IMG/VR virus record: IMGVR_UViG_3300028603_000002
Location: 64,001 to 128,000 of that record
Length of the DNA: 64,000 bases
DNA from: a virus
Taxonomy: Duplodnaviria > Caudoviricetes
Strand: one strand, 5' to 3'
Position numbers and translations under genes: made by a program. Shown piece after piece: positions 41,940 through 53,299 of the stretch (position 1 is its first letter; every line of letters begins with the position of its first letter). Below the pieces are notes generated by a model. That model was not told the DNA's origin. It searched no databases and was given only the letters and a program-made list of their open reading frames with translations.

Positions 41940-43838
41940 ACAGTTGTTTAGTCTGCGGAAAGCAATTAGTCAAAGAAACTGCCGAACATGGTAACGGTAC
42001 GTGCTCTGAATATTGTAATGCTAAATATAGCGGGTATCCAATGCCACACGATTATTCAGAAGGATTACAGAAGTTAGTTAACAATTGTTGCTAACGGTCG
42101 TATAAACTTAACTACCTGAATGAGCTAACTGATAACATTAATCACCTTTTAAAGTGTCATTTTCAATTATGGGAGCAGAAACAAAGAAATTAGCAGAAGT
42201 GCGCTACGTTACAGATACAGACGTAAGTTACTATGAAATTGGGGAAGTCGAAGGCGCGTTCCAAGAAGCACAACTTAAAGACTACATTAAAAGATTTGGG
42301 CACGAAAAACTATGTAGCCGACTTGCTTATATGCAGTTCCAAATATTTAAAGCTGTGCGTGAAATTAATGGCGAACGTGATGAAGAAACAGGTGCGGAAT
42401 GTTGTAATGCTACATAACACCCGTATAAATGGTAACGGTTATGTATCTGGTGGCGAGTAGCAGGGGAGTTGTAAACCCCATTGCAATGACAATGACAAAC
42501 ATTGGTAAAAACAGTGCAATATGCTTCCTCGCCACTTGTACATCACGGCTACGGCTGAACTCTCGTTGCCGACCTAAATACGAGAGATGAACTTTCAAAC
42601 ACAAATTACGATGAGTAAAAAAAACAAAGCATCGAATCAACAACAAGGCAATGGAGCTTTAGCCAATGTTAGCATTAGTGCTTCTTCGGTTGGTTGCCCA
42701 GAGTGCAAAAAGAAAGGCTGCGGATTCTGCAACGGTACTGGATTAATTTGGTTTTATCCTTCACCTGATGTTTATGACCATATAGAGATATCAAGAAGAA
42801 AATGGCGAATAGCTCAAAGGCATAAATGCTAACACCTGTATAAACTTAACCATATCCGCTATGTGTAGTAGCGGTTAAATAGAGCGAAAATTATGAATAT
42901 AGACGAAGTGATCAAAGAAATTAATGATTTAAGTGCTGAAATACAATATGTAGGCATTGATTCAATCAAAGATGATTATTCCGCACAACAAGCACTTCAT
43001 ATATTGAAGCAGAGAATAGAACCATTACCTGCACACAAAGTTAGACGTTGTGCTTTTCAGTATTGGGACGGACGTAAAATAGTTGAAGATAAAGATCAGC
43101 TTACACTTGATGAGGCCAAAGAGCTATGGAATAAACACTATACTGATATGGTGAAGAAAGTCGAAGAAGGTGAGGATATAGAAGTTGTTATTTGGGTTAA
43201 CATGAAACATCCATCAGATTATCAGGAAACTTTAATTCATTTATACGCACCCGAAGTTAGGAATGGCAGTCTTTATGAGCCTAAATATTATGGTGCAACG
43301 ATATAGAATTAAACCTAAAAATCAATAACAGATAAAACTTAATAAAATGGAAGAAACTAAAAAGCAAGCATTACATAAACTAATGACTAATGAAGAAATA
43401 CTTAGCTTATATAACAGAATAACATCATTAGAACATAACAGAATAACATCATTAGAATATAGAGTTAAAACTCTTGAAGAAGAAATTGAGAAATTATTTA
43501 AAATCAATATACAACTGACAAAAAGAATTTCAAGATTGGAAAGTAAAAGATTAATAAAAGGTAGAATAGGAAGAAAATAAAACTTTGATATATCATGACA
43601 TTTAAAGAACAATTACGGAAAGATTTTATCCCCAGATTGTAACGGATAATTGAAAAAGAAATAGATCATTTAAAATGGTTGATGGATAATAATGCCGATG
43701 AGAAGATGATTGAATCTAGTGTGAAGTATTTACGACATTATAAAAAACGACATAGGGAGTATACCGAATATGCTGCACAGACAGATGATGAAAATGATTT
43801 TTAGCATTGCATTAGGGTATAAGAAAGCAAATTCAGAA

Positions 43839-44237
43839 TCAGTTATCAAATATATTTTTAATAGTATTTAACTTAACTTTAGATCCGTCATATATTATAT
43901 GTTCATCATATGGAGTTTTATAATAATCAAATTTAGTAGATAATTGATCAATAACTTTCTTCATATTAGGATTCACAATTCTACCCTCAGGTATTGATAT
44001 ATGTCCATATTTATGAATTATCATAGATATCATTTTCATCGCATATCCTCTACGTTGATATTCATCTTTAATGTCGATATGTAATTGATTCCACCCCTTC
44101 TTCAATCTAAGATTAATATTGCCAATTTGATTTCCATCGTCAGTAAAATCAAATTGAACAAATTCACCATTTGTTGACGATTTAAATTTCAAACCCGATT
44201 CGTGAATAAAACGCCTATATATTTCTATCAATTTCAT
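43839..44237 (-). CDS. GNAT acetyltransferase-like protein
   Basis: LHIDIKDEYQRRGYA motif A. Confidence 0.65.
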   Translation of the reverse strand: MKLIEIYRRFIHESGLKFKSSTNGEFVQFDFTDDGNQIGNINLRLKKGWNQLHIDIKDEYQRRGYAMKMISMIIHKYGHISIPEGRIVNPNMKKVIDQLSTKFDYYKTPYDEHIIYDGSKVKLNTIKNIFDN

Positions 44238-46479
44238 AAATATTCCTTTTTACCAACAGCCATTAGTTATTTCGTAATATGAAATAAATATAAGGAAGTT
44301 ATTTGTCCTAATATTTCTGTCGGTATAATGTTTTATGTTAGTTTATGATTAGATTTATATCTTTCAGCTAGTTCTTTTAATGTTCTTTTGTCCATTGCTT
44401 ATATCATTTTAGGACTGTAACTAACATATGATTTATCCATAATTACTTCCATTAACCTCAGATCCTCAATAGATAACAGTCTAAACTGTACTGGGTCTTG
44501 GGGTATTTTATGAAGTAAACCATATCTCTCTTTATCATAGTTCAGACATAGTACTCTAACATCGTAACTCGGACCAACATCTAAGTAAAGAGTTCTCCCT
44601 ACAAAATATGCTTGCCGCAACTCTTCTAATGATTCGTTATGTTTCCCTGCCAGAAATCTTAAACAATTTGTTATGAATCTATGAGATAAACCCATTGTTC
44701 CATACCATTCAAGTAATTTTCTTTTTTCTTGTATGTCCATTATATGCAGTGTTTTATAGGTTACATAATTAACCTGATAAGTTATAATTTATACTATTAT
44801 CCTTAAATGCCTTTCGCAAATGTTTCAAGTTTCTCTCACAATGATTAGCAAACTCCGGGTCCGCGCTCCCGATGCTTGATGCATTCTCTTCTATCATACA
44901 CACAAGAGCTTCAAATTGCCTGGGTGTTAGTACCAAAGTTATCTTTTTTGCCATTTCTTAATAGTGTTTAGAAGTTATTGAATTAAGAAGGAATATCATT
45001 TCCATCATATTGCTTGAATTGTTTTTGTGTCCATCTTGTTGTGAAATACCCTTTTTTATAATTGAAATGTGATGATCTAACACAAGTACCACTAAACATT
45101 TCTCCGTACTCTTTTCCTTGTGGAGTTTCATTTAGTTTTCCGGTACATCTGACTACAATCCCATCGCTCTCTACCAAATTGCCTTCCTTAAATAAATTTA
45201 ATTGTTTCATCTTTAATAGTGTTTAGTTATCTAATACTTCTTAATTACATAATAAAGATAAGTAAAGTTTTTCAATTATCCAAATGATTACGAGAATATT
45301 TTCGAGAAAGATGAGAAAGATGCTATATAAAACAACCCATATAACTTAGTTGTAACAAGAGATAATCTTTATAATGGTATAAGGGTATAGATTCTCATAA
45401 ATAATCAAGGAGAATTAAAGTATGTGGGTGATACAGCAAAGTATAGGTATGGTGAGATAGTAAAACTTTAAGTGATGGCATATTAATCAGACATATTCTA
45501 GAGCCATTGAAGTATAAGATCTTGATCAGTAGGATTTAATCTCTTTTCTGAAAGAAGTTGTTTTAATTTAATGCTCATTATTTTCATTCCTTTTATATAA
45601 TTACTTGATTTCTAATTCACCCTCGAATGGGTTGAAACGATCTGTTAAGAATGAAGAAGATCTATGTCCTTTCTTAATATGGGTTCCTTCGGCTCCTACA
45701 ATAACAATACCACTAAATACAGTTTCACCTCCCCAATTATCAATTTTACCATCACAAAGAACTACATATTGTTTAGATGTAACGTCTGATTTAAATATAA
45801 CAAATTTATCTTTGCCGAATATCTCTTTTATCACTCGGTCAAAATCTGAGGTTGATTCATCTTCTCTTAACAAATCTTTTAGTTTTGTGCTCATTACAAT
45901 TTTCTATTTTGCAATAAATATAAGGAAGTTATTTCAATTATCCAAATGATAAGTAAAACAAGTTGCATTGAATAACAAAGTACTTTGAAGTACAAAGTGG
46001 ATATAATCAGAGGGAAGCAAAAACAATCGTTGGAGGAATAAAATATTTTTTATACATTTATAATCAAATTAACTAAACTAAAAATAATAGTATCATGAAA
46101 AAAGACAAAGAGTAAGATAAAATAACAAATGCAAGTATAAGACCAGGAATTGAAGAATTCACAGTACACATGCTTTACAACGCATTGAAAGCAATGAAGA
46201 AAGATAAAGAGCGGGAGGAACTAAATTCAATAATTCCAGATAAAGAATTAGATGATGCATTTACAAACACCAATTTCGGAAATATTACAAAAAGAGATGT
46301 AGTAAGATATGCACTATTAAAAGCAGCTTGTGGATATTATAGTGGACATACAGCTCAACGTATTATAAATGAATTAGGTTTGTGTAGTAAAGATTTAAAA
46401 TTAACAAAGAAAGGTAAAAAATATTTGTATGCATCATTTAGGAATGGAACGAATCATTAAAATAAAGTAGAATACTGAA

Positions 46480-47160
46480 TATGTGATATACGTGTAGAAG
46501 AATAAAAGTATAGTAGTATAAGTAGTTATAAAGGTTAATGGAGTATACTGATATAAGATGTATAGATTAGTAGATTGTACCACTGAGCGAAGCGAAGTGT
46601 TGAAGTAAAGTGTATAGGAATAGTTTAAGCAAGTAGAATAAAGTTATTAGGTTTGAAGGTTTGTATACGGAACGGAAGGAACGAAGTGACTGGAGTGGAG
46701 TGTATAGAAGGAATCTATACGATTAATAAAGTTATTAGTTTTACCTATATCCTGGAGATAAGTATAATTAAAGGTCTAGTTAATATTATATACAGGGGTA
46801 AGTAAAGATTTTAAAAGTACTTTGAAATACAAAGTGGATAATATATGAAAAATAAACTGTAAGGGTTGCTCTGAGTCTTCGCTTGATCTCCACAATTCCC
46901 AAACTATATTAAACTTTAATCTAATACCAAATCTTAATAAAACCAAATATCCTATTGTTGGGTGTAAAAAATCCGCGGCCTACAAAAATAAGATCAAAAG
47001 ATTTATAAACTTTAATCCACTAAAACCAAATAAAACTAAAGTTTCATAGAAATAAATACTAAACAACTTCACTCCAGTCACTCCAGTCACTTCACTTCAC
47101 TACACTATGTTACGTTTCACTTAGTTCCTTTCGTTCAGTACATAAACCTAGGAATCAATT
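46480..47160. repeat. strand-asymmetric non-coding region with an imperfect inverted repeat
   Basis: 46659-46704 GGTTTGTATACGGAACGGAAGGAAC..GAAGTGACTGGAGTG is complementary to 47070-47150 CACTCCAGTCACTTC..GTTCCTTTCGTTCAGTACATAAACC. Confidence 0.65.
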
Positions 47161-48287
47161 AAACATTAGTATTTGGTTATCTCCTATGTATTCATTAACT
47201 TTATTATCTAATTAACTAAACATATTATGGATAAATACGAGATTACAGTATGGAGATCTGATAAGGATAATGATCCTTGGGTGGAGTATGTATATGCTGA
47301 TTCTAAATCAGAAGCTTTTAAGAAAGGAAAGGAAATGTTTTATTCATTTCAGGTAGGTAGTATATATGATGTACTTGTAGTGAAAGTTTAAGTGTTCTGG
47401 AATGCCCGTGAGATTGTAACTATTCCCAGAATCTTGTTATCACTTGTTTTCCTTAGTTCTCCTGTGTTTTATTGTATATTGGATACCTTATTATACCTTT
47501 GCTGTATCTCTTATTATACGTTAGTTATACACGTTATACAACTATATGAAAAATAATTGGTTAAAAGTTTGGAAATCTGAAAAACTTTACTTATCTTTAT
47601 TATGTAATTAGGAAGTATTAGATAACTTAAAACACTATTAAAGATGAAAAAGATATCATTAAAACAAGTAAAACAAATAGCCTCTGAAATTTCAAAGAGG
47701 TGGAAATTTGTTAAACACAGTTCATATTACAACTGTATTGATACTAAAACTGGACAGGAGTCAAATGTGGGAGGAGATTATAATTTTGCCAGTTATCATT
47801 TTAATAATGCTGTTGAGGCAATGTATTTGAGTATGATTGGTGAGAACGCGTTGTATCTTGATTGGAGTACAGTGGGTGTGAAAGAATCTGAGGAACGCAA
47901 ATCCTACATTTACAAAATACGAAAAGAGATAGTTCGACTTCTTTGTGGTTTTGACTTTGCGGGTTGCGAAGTACTTAATTATCAAAAATAACTTAGTAAC
48001 ATTAAACAAAATGGCAACAGAACAAAATATAAAAGACGGACACAGATATTTGATACAATTAAGTGTAAAGCAAGATAGCTTTTTGTTTAATATGTGGGAT
48101 TACGTTGAAAGTGTAAAAACACTTAAAGAGGCAGAAAAGCTATGTGAAGGACTATATGATAAAAGCGTTCACAAACTTCAAATATGTGATTTAGTAACGA
48201 ATACTATTGTTAGAACGTGGACGTAGCCTTGCAGCTAACATCCATATAAACTGTACATAAAATAGCAGAAATTAAAACAATAACATT

Positions 48288-48821
48288 ATGATAAACAATA
48301 TAGTCATTAAAAATGAAACCCGTGAAATGGGGAGGAAAATAATTAAATACTTCAATGATCGAGGTATTGATACACGTATACTTAATGGCACAGCTTGCGC
48401 GGAAGAAATGCATAACAATATATACTATGGAGTTATTGATGGTTATTTTGATAACTACACCTTAAAATATGTAGAAAGAGCAGGGGCTAAAATAATAACG
48501 CTACCTGAATACCCAAAAGTAATGAGGGTAGCGCATGATAAATATTCTACCAGAACCCAACGTGTGGTCATAGGTACAGCAGATGCTGGCACCCATATCC
48601 AATATGTTGCATATAGAGATGCAAAAACATTAGATGATATACCATATCCCACTGAATTCAGGCTGTGGGACTATGCGGAAGATATTACAGAAACAGAACC
48701 TATCCTAATAGGAAATAGAGAAGTAGAAGTAACTGAAGATGGAATAAAGGTAGGTTGTACACAGGTAGACAATGAAACAATAAAAAAGATATATAACTTA
48801 AAATTTAAAGATAATGAGTAG
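48288..48821 (+). CDS. hypothetical protein, N-domain paralog of 51008..51556
   Basis: Shares RG.DTR.L.GT.C and YYGVIDG.FDNYTL..VE.A.A.II.LP. Confidence 0.7.
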   Translation: MINNIVIKNETREMGRKIIKYFNDRGIDTRILNGTACAEEMHNNIYYGVIDGYFDNYTLKYVERAGAKIITLPEYPKVMRVAHDKYSTRTQRVVIGTADAGTHIQYVAYRDAKTLDDIPYPTEFRLWDYAEDITETEPILIGNREVEVTEDGIKVGCTQVDNETIKKIYNLKFKDNE

Positions 48822-49108
48822 ACAAACATTCGACACTAGAGTACCTGATATGGTACAAGCAGTACTAAAGAACAATGGTGCAACCTATATAAGGAGATAC
48901 ACCGAACCAAGAATCAAAGGATATAGAACTAAATGGTGGGGAATAAATAACATCTCCCTTAATGTAGAAGAAAGGATTAAGATGTTACCTGGTATAAAGA
49001 GAGTAGTAAATATACCTGGCAAAGTTCGGTCGCCACAATCATTTGCAGTGTTTTGGGAATAATTAAACATCCTGTATAACCAATCTGAGATTTCATTTTT
49101 ATAGTGTT

Positions 49109-49147
49109 AGCCCTTCATGGTAGAGATATCATGGAGGGTTTTTCTTT
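49109..49147 (+). terminator. intrinsic terminator
   Basis: GCCCTTCATG...CATGGAGGGT followed by a T-run. Confidence 0.75.
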
Positions 49148-49379
49148 TATACTAGGATAGGTTATTGTTAAGGGGGGGTAATTGTATAAGTATAGGGGGG
49201 TATTAAAGGGGTGGGGTAAATAGGGGTTAAAAAGGGGGGTAGGGGGGTATAGATATTACGTTAAGAGGTGGGGGGTTCTACCTGTTAAAAGCCGGCCCAT
49301 ATGGGGTCTTAACGTGAGTATAATTTTTACTATTTCAAAACAACATTTTATTTTTTATAATATGATAATGATTTGTTGC

Positions 49380-49592
49380 TTTACTCCTACTATTCCAGTT
49401 ACAATCCACTTCGCCTCCACTTCGCCTCCGTTACACTCCGGCTCAGTATACATATCTTCAAATCTATTCCACTTTACTCCTATTATCCCAGTTACACTCC
49501 GGCTCAATATACATATCTTCAAATCTATTCCACTTCACTCCAGTCACTTTACTCCTATTATCCCAGTTACACTCCGGCTCAGTATACAAACC
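49380..49592. repeat. about 61-nt tandem repeat, 3 copies
   Basis: TTTACTCCTATTATCCCAGTTACACTCCGGCTCAGTATACATATCTTCAAATCTATTCCAC at about 49380 (with an insertion), 49473 and 49548 (partial). Confidence 0.85.
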
Positions 49593-51007
49593 TTTGTTAT
49601 ACCCGTAGTACACAAATAAACAATGAAATACTTGTATATCTCAGAAAAATTCATTATCTTTATTATGTAAATAAAAAGTAGAAGTTATGACAACTAATTG
49701 TACAACTTGTAGTAATTGCGGGCAGGTTATTGAAAATGTCATTATCATAAAAGGGAAACCTTATGGTAATACATGCGGTGCCAGACTATTAGGATTCAAA
49801 GAATTTCCTACTTGGTTTAAAGGTGGTGATTGGGATATGGCACATAAAGCGCATATCAAGTCACAGGAAGAGCAAAGTCAGTATTTTGAACGTAGACGAG
49901 AGATTACCCGCAAGCATTCTTTTCTGCTCTTGCAAGGTATGAACGATCGTTAAAAACTCTACAACCATAAATACCTTCAGTCGTCAACCTCTTAATCTCT
50001 TTCCAGGACTTCACCCGCACTTTATCGCCGAGTTTAAAATCTGTAGACTGTTCACCTGCTTGTTTACCGTTACAGGACGTATCTGCCGGTGTTGCAAGTA
50101 ATTGGTCAAGCTTGGCCTCGATGCGGTTTAGCAAATCCATCAACTCGTCATCTTGCACGGATACGAGGACTTTGGCATCTTGCGGTGCTTCCGCTGGCTC
50201 GGGGTATTTTTCAAAGAATAGAGTGTAATTACCGTCATTAAGGACCGATTTCCAAAATGAATAGTCCTCCGGGGTTTCAAACCAGTCAAATCCGCCATTT
50301 ATTCTGCCAGTGGTCCGCCTCTTCTCAAACACGCTCACATCTCTTGGATTACCCTGCGTCACCTGATGCTCTAACATCTTATGAACAATTGGGTCTGCAA
50401 TGTTTTTAAGGTCGCCTTTGTATGAACATTTCATTTTGCTTGATTTTTATGTGTGAATTAATGTTATTCTTCCTCCTCCCACTCAATCAACGGACAGTGG
50501 TCGTCTTTTAATTTCTTCAGGCCATGTCCTACTGCTTTAAAGCTCTGACCTGCTTTAGATTCGCGGTTCCTCAACTTTTCAGGTAGTGCTTCGAAAAAGA
50601 GGTAGCTTAATAAAACCGTAGCTAATGCCGCTACGGGAACGAGAGCAAATACCAGAGCTGCGGCCCATACTACTTGGGATGCTGTGTTTATATATCCCTG
50701 ATCTAACTGAATCAATGCAGGCATAATGGAGATTATCAAATGAGTCAGGCCGATGCCCCATAATGCCTTAGTGCAATACATACTATGCCATGTAGGTTTA
50801 GTAGTATCTTTATCAAAATAAGACAATATATATGCTATAGAATAGTATAACACCCCCGGTATTGCAGTCACTAAGAGAAGTATAATCCCCACTAGCCCTT
50901 TCCATGTAAGGCTACACCAGTTAGTAGGATAAGAGTATGGATTACCTTCAGTAAACTGCCAGGCTTTTACGAATAGGTTGTTTTTACTCAGTTTCATAGC
51001 GGGGTAT

Positions 51008-51556
51008 TTAGCTTTTGATTATTACCTGGTCAACGCCCAATTTCTCGGCTATTTCCTCCATTGTAAGCTCCATTATAATTTTGGGCGGAGTGTATTTGTA
51101 CTCGTCGGTGTAGAATAGATCGTCAATGCTACCTTTGATGTACTTATCTGCCTTCTCGGGCGCCAAAACTGAATCCCGCGAGATTATTCCGTCCTTTTTG
51201 GCAAATAAATATAGAAGGTGCTTGTTTTCGCTGACTGAGTCGCGACCATATAACCAACGATACCCCAACTGAATAAGCCTCACCTGAATAGCTCTTGAAA
51301 GTTCAGCGGTAGGCACATTAAACACATAGCCGCCGATTGAAGGTAATTCAATTATTTCAGCGTTGGCTTTCTCTACTTGACGCAATGTGTAATTATCGAA
51401 TTCCCCGTCAATAACTCCGTAATACCTGTAGGAATCACCATCAGATTTACAAGAGGTTCCTACAAGGTGGCGTGTATCAAATCCCCGACTTTTCCAATAC
51501 TCAATGACCTTTGCCCCGTGGTCGGGCGTTAGTGCTTCAATTACTTGGTTTTTCAT
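51008..51556 (-). CDS. hypothetical protein, paralog of 48288..48821
   Basis: Shared N-terminal domain. C-terminal ELTMEEIAEKLG motif. Confidence 0.7.
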   Translation of the reverse strand: MKNQVIEALTPDHGAKVIEYWKSRGFDTRHLVGTSCKSDGDSYRYYGVIDGEFDNYTLRQVEKANAEIIELPSIGGYVFNVPTAELSRAIQVRLIQLGYRWLYGRDSVSENKHLLYLFAKKDGIISRDSVLAPEKADKYIKGSIDDLFYTDEYKYTPPKIIMELTMEEIAEKLGVDQVIIKS

Positions 51557-52068
51557 TTTACAAAAGTTTTTGTTCGTTCTAAAATCTCATCCCCCAACAT
51601 CCTGCGAACAATATCGGCAGTTTGGCGTTGGTTGGCCGCTTTGTCTGAGGCAGTACGGTCAGCAGCAGCAGCAGCAGCAGAAGAATTACCACAAACAGCA
51701 CAATAAGCAGCATCAGCAGCAGCAGAACGATAACCAACAGTAACAGCAGCAGCAGCAGCAGCACGATAAGCAGCCTGCAACTCTTCCTCCGTAAGCAATC
51801 CCTCTCCGTAGGCAATAGCCGCATCAACACCCTTTATGCTGCGCGCATCTTTCATCAAATGCCTGACCGTGTTCGCACAGTGTCCTGCGCAGCCGACTAA
51901 TTTACGGCGATAAACGCCCGCTTTCTTCGCCCACCATAGCAGCCAATCGCCACGATGGCAGTCGGCTAAGGTTTGGGTAGGGGTGCGGTCGCCAAGCCAG
52001 TCAATGGCATCTTCGCAGGCAGGACCTAAATGGCCTTCGTCTGATAGTAGAAATTCTCTGAATGTCAT
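51553..52068 (-). CDS. poly-Ala tract protein
   Basis: RGDWLLW and D.RS motifs followed by GCT-repeat poly-Ala. Confidence 0.65.
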   Translation of the reverse strand: MTFREFLLSDEGHLGPACEDAIDWLGDRTPTQTLADCHRGDWLLWWAKKAGVYRRKLVGCAGHCANTVRHLMKDARSIKGVDAAIAYGEGLLTEEELQAAYRAAAAAAVTVGYRSAAADAAYCAVCGNSSAAAAAADRTASDKAANQRQTADIVRRMLGDEILERTKTFVK

Positions 52069-53205
52069 AATATAGATTTAATTACAATGTAATTTAGCAA
52101 GAAATTCCATTTATCACAAATTGTGGGTGCGCAATTTACTATTTAAAATGATAAAAAAGAAGGTACACTACCTTTATAGTTCACCTTCTTGAAAACACGA
52201 CCCGACAAAACTTTTACAGTCGGAATTGGCCGATGAGTTCATCAGCATGGTGACACTCAGCATGACAGTCGCAATTTCCAACACAGCTGTTTCTTGCGGA
52301 TAGCCAGAGATGATTAATCAATGGCAATTGGGAAGATTTCGACAACCCTGATAACAAGTCATTCATGCTAATTACTAACCATGATTTACTATCATGAGTT
52401 TGTACATGAATTTCTTCCACTATGTCGTCATCTAACACAAACTTAATCCTGTTACCATTATCTTTACATTCATAAATTACTTGTTCCATTTCTTTTTGTT
52501 ACCTTAAATTTCAAAATTGCCAGTAGGGTGAGGGTCGAACTCACAATATAGCTTCTGAATAAAGTGGGTTGCCAATTATTATCCTTTTCCCTAACGCTCC
52601 TAGACCAGTCTTATACTTTGTTACTTGATGCTGGTTTTAATTAAGCCTTTCTAATTAGAACCTTTTGATTATACTATAAATATAAGAAAGATCTTTCAAA
52701 GTACCAAATTATTTTGAATAAACTTACGTAATCAGTTTGATGGTACAGCACTGGAGCTCCTAAGTGGAGCTCCAGATTTTAAAAATATATGGTATGGTGC
52801 AGAGTTGCAAACTCTGTTTTGCCAACAAAAGAACTATGGCTAACAGCACCTAACCTCAATAAATTATCACGGTATTCATCGGCTGTAAAGTTTTCAAAGT
52901 TTGTGGTTTCTATATTCATTTGTACTAATTTTAAGTTGAAGATGTTAAGCTTATACGGATGTTAGCAAACATTTTCCAACCCACACCGCACTTGAATATT
53001 TCCAAGTTCCAATTCTCTTTCAATATCTTCAATATCTCTCCAACAATCTACTCCAACTGTATAACTATACCATCCACAAAAATCTTCAATACTATCATCA
53101 AAATAACCTTCTGAATATATTTCATATTCAAAACCATCGACAAATTCTTCTATTGTCGGTATTCTATATCCTTTTCTTAATTCTTCTGCCATCGCTAAAA
53201 ACGTT

Positions 53206-53299
53206 TGCTAACAAGGTATATATGCAATACCCTATTAAGGTTTGTACTAAATTTTAAAGTTTGGTGCAAGGGTGCTGCATATATACCCAACCGTTAGCC
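53206..53299 (+). mobile_element. complete attC-like site
   Basis: GCTAAC-AAGGTATATATGCAATACCCT...AGGGTGCTGCATATATACC-CAACC-GTTAGC. Confidence 0.75.

Larger units (their letters stand above)
40794..42850 (+). repeat. plus-strand gene-cassette array, 6 copies of AACACCCGTATAAACTTAAC
   Basis: Copies at 40794 (degenerate), 41095, 41613, 42093, 42416 and 42831, each just after a stop codon. Confidence 0.85.

Noticed and set aside
49314-49681. Two repeat-rich ORFs
   Set aside because: Both are translations of the DNA tandem repeat in different frames with weak starts. The region is more likely non-coding.
51504-51830. Poly-Gln and poly-Leu ORFs
   Set aside because: They are alternative frames of the GCT repeat encoding poly-Ala in 51553..52068.
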